Shown piece by piece: positions 1-12,800 of a DNA stretch of 64,000 bases; position 1 is the stretch's first letter, and every line of letters starts with the position of its first letter. The translations under genes and the position numbers were made by a program. The notes under the pieces are model-generated. The model made no database searches. It saw only the letters and a program-made list of their open reading frames with translations, and was not told the DNA's origin. Source of the DNA: Balanoglossus misakiensis (lineage: Eukaryota > Animalia > Hemichordata); NCBI GenBank assembly GCA_040954595.2, contig CM082594.2:9614296-9678295 (forward strand), in the 5' to 3' direction.

Positions 1-162
1 TTAGAACTAATTGTTTTAATTGAGTGTATGTATGCTTTTTTACTGCGAGCAGGAACCCCGTCGCCTGATCCACTCTGCAGCTCTGCCAGGGCAGGGTAAG
101 GATGGTGTTTTGAACGAAGGCGCGTATGCTAATTGAAGATGAGGGGGAAGTCTTTATTTCAT

Positions 163-234
163 ACGTCACATCAGGGAATTCCCCGAAAAGCAAACTGCGC
201 TTGCGCATTTTGATACAACTTGTGCAACTTCCTG
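163..234 (+). promoter_or_regulatory. MyD88-A proximal promoter module (CRE half-site, NF-kB site, ETS site)
   Basis: ACGTCA 163-168; GGGAATTCCC 174-183 (canonical kappaB) followed by CGAAAAGCAAACT (IRF-like); ACTTCCTG 227-234. The same motif order recurs upstream of copy B. Confidence 0.6.
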
Positions 235-486
235 GTTTGAGTGCTCGTGACGTGAGTGAGTGGTCGAAAGCCAGATTTCTGTAACACTAGACTTTCTCAA
301 ACTTGCATCTTTGAATTTGGACAGGGACAAAGGTATTCTCAACAGGATATGGTTGTAGCCTAGGTACGTGCTGTACATTGAGTTGACCCCATCAAGGCGG
401 ACGGTGTTCCGATCCTCTGTAGGGTCCGGCCAAACGTATAGTCGGCTGAGTGGACGATCGCGTTATCCGTGTGTACCAACAGAAAG

Positions 487-1055
487 ATGGCCGCCTCTAT
501 CAATGAAGAATTGACAGCAGAAGTAATATCTTACAGTGAATTTCTGGTGAGACATCTCGGAGTGCGAACAAGGAATCTCCTTTCTAGATATCTGAACGTG
601 AATCTGAAAGGCAAAGATTGGCGAGACGTCGCCGATGAACTGGAGTACGATTACCTGACGATCTTGAACTGGGAGCAGAATAAGGACCCGATGGGTTGTT
701 TGTTACTACACTGGGGAACCAAAGAAAGTAGTACAGTCGGGAAACTGGTGTCCACTTTAACATATTTGGAGCGCGAGGATGTTGTCAGCGAGATCCAGAA
801 ACCTGTCGGTAAGAAATCCCTCCATTAGAAATCCCTCACTGTAACCATGGTTATCATCCGGTTGTTGCCATGGAGCTAGAGTTGGGAGGGTGGTCCAAGA
901 GAACAAACCATAGCCATGGGAAACTGTGTCAACATTTTCGTAGAGTGAATTTTTTTTTCTAGCTCGACTACTTTCCATTGTTTAAGTGTGTAGATAAACT
1001 TTCTTTGTCGTTCAGTTTTGTTACATTGTATTGTTGTGAAATTTGGATTGACACC

Positions 1056-1145
<90 letters not shown>

Positions 1146-2115
1146 CGAGATTATCAGTTATGGAAGGAAAGAGAAGCACAGGCAGATTTGGAAAGCAACT
1201 CTCCCCTACAGGTGAATGAAGTCAGTGATTCCCGGACTTCCTATCCATATCTACCAGAAACTGAAGAATTGCGTGGCATAACACTGGGAGATCGTCCAAG
1301 TGGTGAGTTTCTGATCCAAAGACATTGACCCAATTTGACCTTGGCGATGGTAGCTTTTTGAAAGGTTTGACTAGAAATCCATTTTAACTTCTTTCAGGAC
1401 CGATTGAAACTTTCGATGCGTACGTGTGCTTCTGTGATGCGGATAGGGACATTGTCTTTACAATGATGAGGCTACTAGAAAAACCGCCGTACAATTTGAA
1501 ACTTTGTGTGGAGTTCAGAGATCTTGTGCCAGGCACGGCATACGTCACTGCTACAGCAGAACTCATCACAAACAGGTAAACGTATTACTTTAATGGATAC
1601 ATATCTGAAATTACTGCACTAACTTTTATGAAATATGCAACAGATATTGATCTTAGTGATATATGATACTGATTTTCATAAATAAATTTTTGTTTAAATT
1701 TCAGATGCAAAAGATTGATTGTGATTTTGTCTCCAGAATTTTTAAAAAGTGAAGCCTGTGACTTCCAAGCCAAGGTGGCATTATCATATGCACCAGGTGA
1801 GTGTCTAGTGAACTTTGACCTTAGGTCAAACAAGAAACTGCAAGTGGTACTCTGGTCAAAAGTATAAAACGACCCACTTTTACAGCTAAGTAAAGTGAAC
1901 CTTGTTCTTTGATTTTATTTGATCAGATCTTATTTTCATGTTGGCTTCCTCTTTTTTTCCCCCCAGGTGCTAGAGCCAAACATATCATTCCGGTCATGTA
2001 TAAACAGTGTGTGATACCCCCAATGTTGAGACATATCGCGCTGTGTGACTACACCAAGAAAGACCAACAGGAATGGTTCTGGGAAAGACTCTTCTGTGCT
2101 CTAAATCTGAAATAG
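487..2115 (+). CDS. MYD88: Myeloid differentiation primary response 88, copy A (death domain, intermediate domain, TIR), 299 aa
   Basis: Exons 487-808, 1144-1302, 1398-1575, 1705-1796, 1967-2115; all GT-AG; 900 nt in frame. Death domain DWRDVADEL...STVGKL...LEREDV; TIR box1 FDAYVC, BB loop RDLVPG, SEACDFQ, box3 WFW. Same 5-exon layout as vertebrate MYD88. AATAAA at 2495-2500. Confidence 0.96.
1061..1142 (+). repeat. Compound microsatellite (CT)24(CA)17 at the 3' end of MyD88-A intron 1
   Basis: CT run 1061-1108, CA run 1109-1142; the last CA plus G1143 is the acceptor CAG of exon 2. Confidence 0.97.
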
Positions 2116-2757
2116 ACACTTATACTCGGAGTACACTATTACTATGCATCATGAGCTCATATTGTCACCAGGTGTATTCATTTTGAGTAGCCAATCAGTG
2201 ATACCTTTTCAAAATGTTGGAATTGGTTGTTTTAAGAGAAAAGGATTGGAACCATGTATAGTGTAAAATGTAACCTGCTTGTATTTTTTACTACTTCCAT
2301 GACAACTATTACTCAAGTAGAACATTTTTAGTGAGTATTGAGTAAACTTTACAAGAATTTTTAGAGGACATTATATAATTTGTACACTAGGTCATATAAA
2401 TTTATAATATGATTCTGAGATATATGTACATTCTCTGAAATAGATGAGATATGTGATTCTCGATTTATGTGTTGTTATACATTTAGCAAATTGCAATAAA
2501 GAATTTTGAAATGAGATCAGCATGGTTCTCATTGTTACATTGTTACAAGAATCTGTGGGCCTCAAAAGCAATGAAACAGCAAGCCTATAAAACAGCTATT
2601 GGTTTTCAAAGTTGCTTCGCAGCGTCTGGATCATGTTACATGTCTTGAGTGAGTGTATTGCCGAAGTTCCCCAGCCCAGGGTCTATGCTGTAATGCGGGG
2701 GAGCCTTGTCCAGGCGCGTCATCACCCACATTTGCCATATTTGGAAAGAAGGTCATT

Positions 2758-2843
2758 ACGTCATCGGCAAGGGGGGTTTCCCCGAAAAGGCACTCACAGG
2801 TCTCGATTGGTCGGTCGTGCTCGCATATGTGGGCGACTTCCTG
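2758..2843 (+). promoter_or_regulatory. MyD88-B proximal promoter module (CRE half-site, NF-kB site, ETS site)
   Basis: ACGTCA 2758-2763; GGGGTTTCCC 2773-2782 followed by CGAAAAG; ACTTCCTG 2836-2843; CpG-rich context. Confidence 0.6.
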
Positions 2844-3007
2844 TATTTTGATCGGCGTCTGCCTCTACCCACGTAAGACACAGTGTATTTGTGGAGCAGT
2901 TGGGCTGCAGATTGAGGTTACACTGTCTTCGTTATGTGTAAGGAACTTTAGTCACAGGTGCAGGTGTGACTCTGTCACTCACAGAGAGTTTCGGTTTATC
3001 GTTGGTC

Positions 3008-6000
3008 ATGGCGACCGCGAGTGGAAGGGCGGACGACCCTTCCCAACCACTGATGGAAGGGCATGAACGTTTCAGCAACATGCCAGTAAGATATATGCAA
3101 CAGAAAACCAAGAACATTCTCTCCAGACACCTAAATGTGCCATTACAAGGGAAAGACTGGCGAAGTGTTGCTGACGAAATGCAGTACGATTATTTGACAA
3201 TCTGTGATTGGGAACGCGAAAGGGACCCTATGGGTTGTCTCTTGAAAGCTTGGCAACGGAACGACAAGAGTACAGTCGGAAAATTGTTGGAAATTGTTAG
3301 GGAACTTGAAAGAGAAGATGTTCTGAACGATATAAGGAAAAGCCTTGGTAAGTTGTTGGTCGATGAAGCATCTTTGTCTATTTGTGAAATCTATCACAAC
3401 TGGATAAAGGATGAGGAAATGCTTGTTGTGATGTGGCCTTTTGTAAGAGGTGAACCCATCTTCTCTTCACGTGACCCGACCAGGTCATTAAAAACACCGT
3501 TCTGATATAGAGGATTATGGCTGTATAAAGAGGAGACAGTTTTATTTATTTATCTTTTTTACGTTTCTGCAATTTTTTAACAACCTCTTCAAAGGACACT
3601 ACCCATAATTTGATTATTTTATTGGCTATTAAAAGAAGAATATTGCTGAGTACCTTTTTGATGAAAATTTTCCCTTCACAGAGAAAGATTTCAAGGTATG
3701 GTCAGAAAACAATACAAGACAGGTGAATTGTCCAGTTCAAGTGAATGAAATCTCAGAATCGCAGGGATGTTCATCTTATCCGAATTTACCCCAAACTGAG
3801 GAGTTGAGGGGAATAACACTACGAGATAATCCAAGTGGTAAGTACATGTATACATGAATAGTGTAAGCACCAATTAAAACAGAGAATTCATGCTCTGATT
3901 GTACATGTATCATTAATTATTTGTTTACAAATACATACATGGAGTAATTACCAACATAGCTAATAAGTTAAAATGTATGTGGGTTTGAATAAAGACATAG
4001 ATAAAGCATAAAATGTAAAATGAAAGCCAGAACAGCTCACACACAATGACCTGGACATATACATTCATATATACGCTCTCCTATACCAAACCTCTATACT
4101 ATCTATCCCTATGTAAGTACATGTATAAGGGAATACAGGCAGTATAGAGGCTGGGTAAAGTCCAAGCATTGTGTGTAGTTGATACATAAAATGAACAAAT
4201 CTTTTAACATGTCAACTGGCTTTTATAGAAACAGCACATGAATGGAGTTGTTTATCCAAACAATGTTTCACTGATGCAAAAAAAAGAGGAAGTGGCCAGA
4301 GTAGAGTTTAAATGGAGTCTGTCAGTTTGTTGTTCAGTGTGTATTAATGGTACATCAGAAAGAACTAATACATAATCAAGTACATGTGTTTAAAATAATA
4401 TCAAACTGGGTCAATATACTACATGTAGTAAATGAGCAACAGGGGGTCTATGTGAATTTTTCTATACTTTATAGTTTTCTGAGGATTTGAATCAGTGAGA
4501 CCAAAATGATTCTTGTGATCAAGTAAACCCCCTCTTTAACACAAGTGAGAGCTATCAAAAACAATTTTTAAGATTTCAGAAATATATATCTCTTTCACTC
4601 TTTCAAGCATTCATGCATGACTCATGTATGCCTGGTATTGACTCATGACACCAAAAACTTTCAAAGGTCTTTGTTTCCAAAATAAATGTAGGTTAGGAAG
4701 GCTAGGGCATGGTGTGTAATTATCCTTTTGAGTTGTTGTACAATGTTGGTGGGCGAACCTTTGTTAATGTGTGTCTCTCTCCTGTACATGGAATTTCCAA
4801 CAGTCCAAAGGTTTCCCCCGACATCCAAGTGACTCAGATGCAAGTCAGCAACATTTTGATCTGCTGGTTTTCTTTACATGGGATATGGTGTTTTATATAA
4901 GAAAGTCGCCTCTTTATTTTTACAGGACCAATTGAAACATTCGATGCTTATGTTTGTTTTTGCGAAGCTGACAGCCAGATAGTTCATACTATGATGAGAG
5001 AGTTGGAGAAGCCACCGTACAATTTGAAGCTCTGTGTGGACTTCCGAGATCTGGTACCTGGTGCTGCATATGTTAGTGCCACGGCTGAACTCATTACAAA
5101 CAGGTGAATTTGGGTTTCTCAGTTAATTCGAGGAAACTCTGGGTAGGCGCAGAAATGTGTTCAGTTTGCAGAAGTGTCTGGTTTATAGGGGTTCTATCGG
5201 GGAAAAGATGTTCATTATAGACAGGTATCCAGATCAGACTAATAGTGGTATCAGTGACAGTGGCAATACTTTGTACATGCGTATACAACTTTTTTTTGAA
5301 GATTTTGCAGAAATATACTAGACAGTGGCATAGATTATTTGGCACACTGACAATAGGAATTCTAGTGTTTATGCTTGACGTGGCTGGCCTTTATATCCTG
5401 AGCTGCCTGTGCTGCGTAAAACATCTACATAAAGTACCAGCTTTCAGGTGTATGAGTCATCGGTAATTAATCTAATTTAATGACCAGGTGTACGTGGTTT
5501 GCCTCTACATTGTGTTTTATGAGAAGTAGTAAATTGTAGTGAATTCAAGCTGTTTTGTTGACTCGCCTACAAGCGTGGTGTGTTTTAGCATAGACAGTAG
5601 AAGGGGGAAGCTATATTAAAATCCTTATGAAAATGAAAGTCAAATTTAATCGTGTGTGTGTTTGTGTGTGCGCACGTTTATTACCAGTAAATCAAGTGTC
5701 TTGTTTGTTGACATGCTGTTTGCATATACTCTGTAATTCATTTAACAATTTTCTGTTTTGCTCTTTAATTTCAGATGTAAAAGAATGATAATAGTTTTAT
5801 CCCCAGAATTTCTTGAAAGTGATGCATGTGATTTTCAAGCCAAGGTTGCTCTGACCTTTTCACCAGGTGAGTTGTTTTTGGTTAAAACTGACCTTTGCAC
5901 ATGACCTATAGGGTGTGACTGCTGCCTAATTTCACTTAGAGATTTGGTTGAAACTGAAACAAATTCATCCACTGACTCATATTTCCTCTTTTCTTTCTTC

Positions 6001-6153
6001 CCAGGTGCTAGAATGAAACGAATAGTTCCAATCATGTACAAGCGTTGCATAGTGCCACCTATCTTAAAGCATGTCACTATATGCAACTTCACAAAAGTGG
6101 ATCTACAGGAGTGGTTTTGGGAAAGACTCTACTGTGCCTTAAATCTTAAATAG
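3008..6153 (+). CDS. MYD88: Myeloid differentiation primary response 88, copy B, 304 aa
   Basis: Exons 3008-3347, 3682-3837, 4926-5103, 5775-5866, 6005-6153; 915 nt in frame. Intron phases match copy A and the TIR exons have identical sizes (178/92/149). RDLVPG and WFW intact. AATAAA at 6480-6485. Confidence 0.96.
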
Positions 6154-6811
6154 ATCTCCTTTATATATGTATATTGTGAATTCTATCAATTTATTGCCAA
6201 TGGTAATTGGTCAATTTTTAATATATTTGTGAACACTGCTTTCTTGGGCACTAGCAACCAGTCCTGTTTTAAGCTTCTTTCTTTCACTTTGAAAAATGGT
6301 ATAATTTCTGGAAATTTGTATTAAAATTTGTGAATTATCAAGAAAAGGACGATTGATATGCAGGTGTATATGAAGTGTCATACATTATTTTTTGCATTAC
6401 TCCTTTATTAACCTTTAAAAACAACTGTTACAAATATCTGCTTTCTTCAGACATTTACTATTGATACTGAAATATATTCAATAAATATATTGTGGACATT
6501 TATTTTCGTATCAGTATTGTAAAAGTTTATTTTGTGTGTTTTGTTTTTGTTCATTTACAAAAGTTTATTGTCAGAGAATGGACTGGTCAAGTTTCAAATT
6601 TAGAACAATTGGAAACCTCTGCAGTTTTTGTAAATAAATATAATGTTGAAAATATTCTTTCGTATAAAATGGTCATCTCTCTTTTCAACATCAAACAGTC
6701 CAAAGCAAGCGAAATATACACGCATGAAATATACACGCATTGACTCTAAGACGTGGAGCGCCCTCTACGCCGAACCTTGACGTTACATGAGTTGATCGTC
6801 TCAGTCCAAAC

Positions 6812-9800
6812 ATGGCGATCGAAACAGGTGGGGCGACCGACAGAAGATCCAGATTTTGTCTCGCGTTATTTATATTTCTACGTATCCAAACGTTATCAGC
6901 TTTTCAAAAGTGTAATCACCAGCACCCAGCAATTCACGAAGTAAGTATATTTATCGCCTACTTTTCCGCATGTCTGAGTGTGCCCAATTCTTACAATCCC
7001 GGAAGAGGATCTTTGCCTAATGTTTTACCATATAACGGTACATGTACAGTTATATGCTAATGAATGTCAACATGTAAACAAACCAAGACAAATGCAAGTC
7101 TTTGCGCGAAAGCGTTGTATATTGGCAGGCGACACGAAACTTCAAAGCAAATTCGTGCTCAAGGGTTGTTTATCTAAGAGCAATCTAATTATACAGAAAA
7201 AATACCAAACATTATTCACTTTCCTGCAAATTTTGCTGTGGAAAAATGTCCATGATGAACATTGATAATCCAAGACACTATACTACAGTACATGTATATA
7301 GTAGGAAAATACGTTCAATTACCCACGCAAATAAACATCTCATGGATGTTTACATACAATTGTTGTACTGTCAATATTACGTAGAGACGGTAGAGTATTT
7401 TTTTTAACCTTGTCAATGACCATCAGTGGGAAGGTATAGGCCTGGATTCTTCAGATCTGGGTCATTCTCTGTCGTCATTCTCTGTCGTCATCCCAGGTCT
7501 GTGGATGACTCATCCATGGGGAGAATATCCTATAGACCCATTAAAGATCTGGCTATTTGTACTCCTAAGTATCCAGGCATTAGGTAATAAATTTGTCAAA
7601 CATAGGAAAAGAAATCCAGGAATTCTCATCACAGGGTTTTCCTGACTAAAATTGCATGCAAGTTGATTTTCTTAATTAATCATCAAATTTTCTGCAGTTT
7701 TCTTTCTGATATCTCGACAAGATTGAAAATAAGATTCTCTTCTGATTTTTAATTTATTGGCAAATTAAAATAATACCCAAGTCACATAAAATTATGTTGA
7801 CGTGAATATACACATCTTTTTATTTCGTGTTGCTTTGCAAGATACATGTAGTTCTGTTTTCCTTCTTGTCCGGAAGAAGAATAAAATAATTAATTTGCAT
7901 GAGTGAGTGCAGTTATAGTGATTAGATTGTCAAAAGTACATTGACCCGATGCTTTTTGTTTTTATGTTCATTAAAAGCCCATTACTGAGGCTCCAACAGA
8001 ATGGGTCCAATTTATATTACGATGTCATGAATTCATCATTCCGACAGTAAAAACCTTTTGTCACCAACATTCCACTATTTCTCCTCACTCAAATTGAATT
8101 CGGACTGCATAAAGTCATCAGCGCGTCTGAATACGAGTACTTAAAGCAAGTTTGGATGTGAGTTCAAATTCAAGACGTCGTTGTTTGTTTTGTTCTATTT
8201 CAGGTGCGGCACACACATCTTGAGGCACATCATTCAGTCAGAAAAAGAAGTGCTGATCAAAATATTCGTATTTTTGTTTGGTATGAAGATAGTGTAAATA
8301 GTTTAGATACAGAAAAACATAATTTAATAAAGGTAAGTCTGTTCGAATATTGATTGTCACATTTATTTGTTCCATTTGTTCAATTGCATCAACATACTGA
8401 ATTTTCAATAGCTTGTAATTTGCCCTCACATGTCAAACTGAATCAGCTACAGATAAGATAAGATATGAATTGTATCTGTTTTTCACAGAATTCTCTTATA
8501 CCAGAAGCCCTAGAGTATTTTTCTACAACATTTAAAGTCAGGCCGACAGGCACACCGATTAGATTATCAAGGTAAGTAACTGTGAGAAAGAATTATTCTG
8601 ATTGGTTAATTCAGAGTTCAATTAACAGAAATGATTTTCAATAACCAATCATAAAAAACTGAGCTGTAAAACTTTAGCTAATTGGTCAATCTAGACTGAT
8701 GACCAGTTGTTCAAGATTGAGCACTTAATCATCACATGTATAATATTCATTACAGGACTTGTTCCACAAAGGATTATCAAGTTTTGCCGAATGATCCGAA
8801 TGAATACTGTATAGAGTCCTGTGCTTCACAAACGAAGTGTGGTTTTGTCACAGTTCCTGAAGAGCATTTACAGGTAAAAACTCAACTGGAATTTTCCCAA
8901 GCAAAGTACAAATCACGTTTGATACTATTGAAATATCAAGGGTGAATCCTGGTAAAATGATTTGGGAACCCTGGTAACATTAACATACAGATATGGTTTT
9001 AATTCACAGGCTTGTCTTGTGTGTACTTATGAGAATGGCCAAGACTGTGGTGTTGGTTCGCCTGGTGAAGGCCCTGGAGTGGAGGGTTATGACTTTGTTT
9101 TGTATGTGACAGCCACACAGACAGAGAGGTGTGGATGGGATGATACTGTTGGCTTTGCCACATGGTGTCAGTTGGAAACATCTGAAGATAGGTGAGTGAT
9201 CAGATGTGATGGGATTCTTGAATGGACAGCGGGGAAGTGTGAGACTTGTCTAGACAGACAGACAGACAGAAGGGTAGAGACAAGCAAACGATCTGACAGA
9301 CACACATGACAGATGCACTGAGACAAATGAAATAGAAAAGACAGATTGACAAAGTGAAAAAGTGACAGAAGAAACAAAATTCAGTGGCATAGAAGAAGAC
9401 AGATAGACAGACTGACATATGAGCAGGCTTGGTTTAAACTTTGCTCAGTGGTATACAAAATACCATTTCCACATTGGAAAGAAGCTTTGATCTATTGTTA
9501 GTTGTATAATAGTGAGGCCAGTCCTTTGAGATTTTTTTTCTTTTGAGAAATGCAGGTGTGGCTGACTTGCTGTATGTTTTCCCTGATAAAATATTAAACT
9601 GAAAAGCAGACTTCTTACTTATTTGTGCATTTCATGTCTTGTATTTTTAACCAATGGTAAACACTGTATCTCACATGTTTTTTCCTTCAGGCCTGTTGCT
9701 GGATTTGCGAATCTTTGTCCGGATTCCCTGTCAACGGAACCAGCTCATTATAATAATATTCTTGGATCGTTAAAGCATGAAATATTTCATGCCTTGGTAA

Positions 9801-12800
9801 GTCAGCCATGACATTTATTTCACTCATGAAATTTATCAGGATTGGAATCTCTTGTTGAAAGTGGAACTCCTGTGTGTAACCATGGTGACAGTGTTTCAGA
9901 GCTCAGTACGGTGTTTAAATCTGTAGATAGAAGAAGAAGGCAGCTAACAATAAGACGTGAGAACATGTCAGCGTTTTGAGTGTGGCTTTCTTCTTTCATA
10001 CAAAAAAGTGAATGACTAACTTGAACCAAATGGCACACAACACACTGTTTTAAGCACTTTCAGCAACATGATTTGGTCTACCTTCATTATTCTGGGGGCG
10101 GGATTAAATATTGGACTGCCTGTTTGGAGAGGGACATCGGGGTGGTGAATTTTCTTGAGACAGGGATAGGGACATAGAAGATTAAAGTCAAAAGCCCACG
10201 CAAAGATTTAGTGACATTTTCTGAACAAACAAACATGTGTTACAGATCATGTTATGAATTAATAATACCAGGATTTTTAGCAAGAGACTGTAAGATTAAA
10301 ATTCAGTCCAATATCTGTTATTTTTTTTATTTCCCTTCGTTAACAGCGGTTACAAAAATCACTTAGAATATTAGAAAAAATCTAGTATAATATAGTACAT
10401 GAACTCAAGAATATGTGCCCGTCTTTACTGTCTTGTGTGACATCAATCCTTGTATTTTGCCATCGTATCTTGTTTCTTCAGCCCTCTTAAGTAGATTGTT
10501 TTGCGATGTTGAATTCCTGTGTTTCAGTCAAATCATCGATGGAGGTAATTTACAGTGCTATGCTAGATTTGATTGTGTACACACAGCTGTTTTCTGTGCC
10601 TGCCAATGTCAAGACATCTGCAAATTACCAGAAGGAATACGGATGCGATGTGGTCACCATGAATCTTATTGATGTCAGAAAATAATTTATTAGGTGATAA
10701 ATGTATAGGCAGGTTTGATTATAATAAGATAGTTTATCTGATGAGACTGCATCTACAGTAAATTGTGAATTATTGGAATTTGATACAAAAATGTCATTTT
10801 ATATATTGATCAATCATAAATTTAACCATGGATGTCATGTTATGTTTCCACTGGCAGTAAAGTTATATTTTTTTCATAATTCCGAGAAAAATCCTCCCAT
10901 CTATCCTGCAGCTGCAATTTTTATCGTAATCGGTTTCTGTGGCACAAAATTACCAGCCACATTGCCATGGTAACATGATAGAGAATAATACCCAGAAGCC
11001 CCCTGCGAACTAGTGTTTCAAACTGCATCTCATCAAGTCACAGCATGATACAAGAATATGCTGAAAGTTGTATTCTAAATTGCCTTCCAAATAAGAAAAT
11101 AAAATGTGAACTCATACGCAACCATGATACAGTGTTGCTCTTGTGGTTGGAGAGTTGTTCATGATGGGACTTGGATATCACAAGATACACGACACCCCTT
11201 TCATCATAATCTCCTTGACTTGAGTTTGCCAGTGTGTGGGCACTCAAAACTGTCTCTATGTGAACAAATATAAAGCCTTATTGGATATTTGTTCTTCGAT
11301 TTGTCTTAGAGAATATATAGGATGCGCAGGGCATTTTAAAACCTTGAAGTATGACATGATTCTCAAGAAATTTGACGTAAGCCTTCTAATGAGGACTTAA
11401 TTTACATATCCCCATTTGATCTGCAAAACAGTCTTACACAATTGTGTTTCTGAGGCTCTATAAATTATGCACAAGGATTCTGTGAGAATATGATACAAGA
11501 TAGCATCCTGCCTAGAAGCCATTTTGACACGAGCATTAATTTTTTAATCACAGATATCTCATTTTTTGTTGGCATATTATTAATCTCTTTTGATTATCTG
11601 ACTGAGGGCGTGTTGGCAACTATAAATTACCATTATCGCTTGTGATTACCCAGGCTCACCAAAACAAGCGACGAGAAAGTAGACTTTTTGCAAATGAAGT
11701 CTAATTTGTCCAATCAATCCTACTTCACTCTGAGCAAAAATGTGCGGTCAATTTCTTTGCATTCTCACTCCAGGGTAGATGCATATACAAACACGCGCAC
11801 ATGATCACACACAGGGTATACAAGGCAAGTATACTCCGAGTGTACTGCAGAAATTGTGACTCTAGTATTTGGTGGAGATTGTGCAGAGTGATTACTGTGA
11901 TTTACATGATATTTTGAAATTTACGACACAGGCTTTATGTTGATCCTACTTTATGTGATAGATGTGTGGTTAGATTGAATCTTATTTTCAGAACGTGTAG
12001 AAAAAAGGTGATGGAAACTAATGACTATAATGTATTTTCTTGTGTGTGTGTCTCAAGGTTTCACAATTGTATATATCAAAAGAAACTAAAATAACCACAA
12101 TAATGTCAAAATTATGTGACTTTGTCCTTTAATAAAATATATCAAACACATGTATGTTGTCAGACTTGTTGGCACCTATTGGTGAGGTTCTGCATTTGGC
12201 TGGCAACAGACTCCTCAGATTGTGAACCAAAGACGTCACCTGAGAGACTCACATGCTCTTTAAGACATTCATGCTTTAAGACTTGAAAATTAACTTTCAT
12301 TTGGGTTGTCTCTGCAGGGTTTTTCCGCCAGTCTTTATGCCTTTTATCGGGACAAAGACGGAAACCCATTAACAGACAGACAGGCGGATGGAAAACCACC
12401 GAGAAATTACGCGTAAGTGTATCTCACAGCTTGAGCCTTAAGTCTTTGCAAAGTGAGACGGTGGTTCTTCTAGGAATAGAGAACCGAATAGTGTGTAATT
12501 TGTAAATGTTGAGGTCTTTTGTGCAAATTTCCTCTAATTGTGTCTTACTGGAGGTACTTAGGGGAATAAGAATTGGTTGAATGTTTGGTGAATGTTTTCT
12601 TCTCAAAGGAAGCCAGAGATTTTTACTCTAAGCTGCTGCTTAGATTATTTTTTTCAATAACATGCATCCATATAATATTCCGAAAAATACATGGTCTATG
12701 GTTGTGGCACTGAACCATGTAGAGATTTGTAGAGATCATGTGATCCACAATTTTGTAACATCAGCTGTATGTGTAACCAAGTTATGAATAATTTACATAT

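Noticed and set aside
876-1328. ORFs with ERERER / SLSLSL / HTHTHT runs
   Set aside because: Translations of the (CT)n(CA)n microsatellite; only 1144-1302 is a real exon.
469-3505. Death-domain-only ORFs 469-828 and 2966-3505 as stand-alone truncated genes
   Set aside because: Both have a strong G|GTAAG donor at the homologous position and splice in frame to TIR exons; the tails are intron read-through, with no evidence for intron retention.
487-6153. MyD88 duplication as an assembly or haplotype artefact
   Set aside because: Proteins differ at roughly a quarter to a half of positions depending on the domain, and introns differ greatly in length and sequence.
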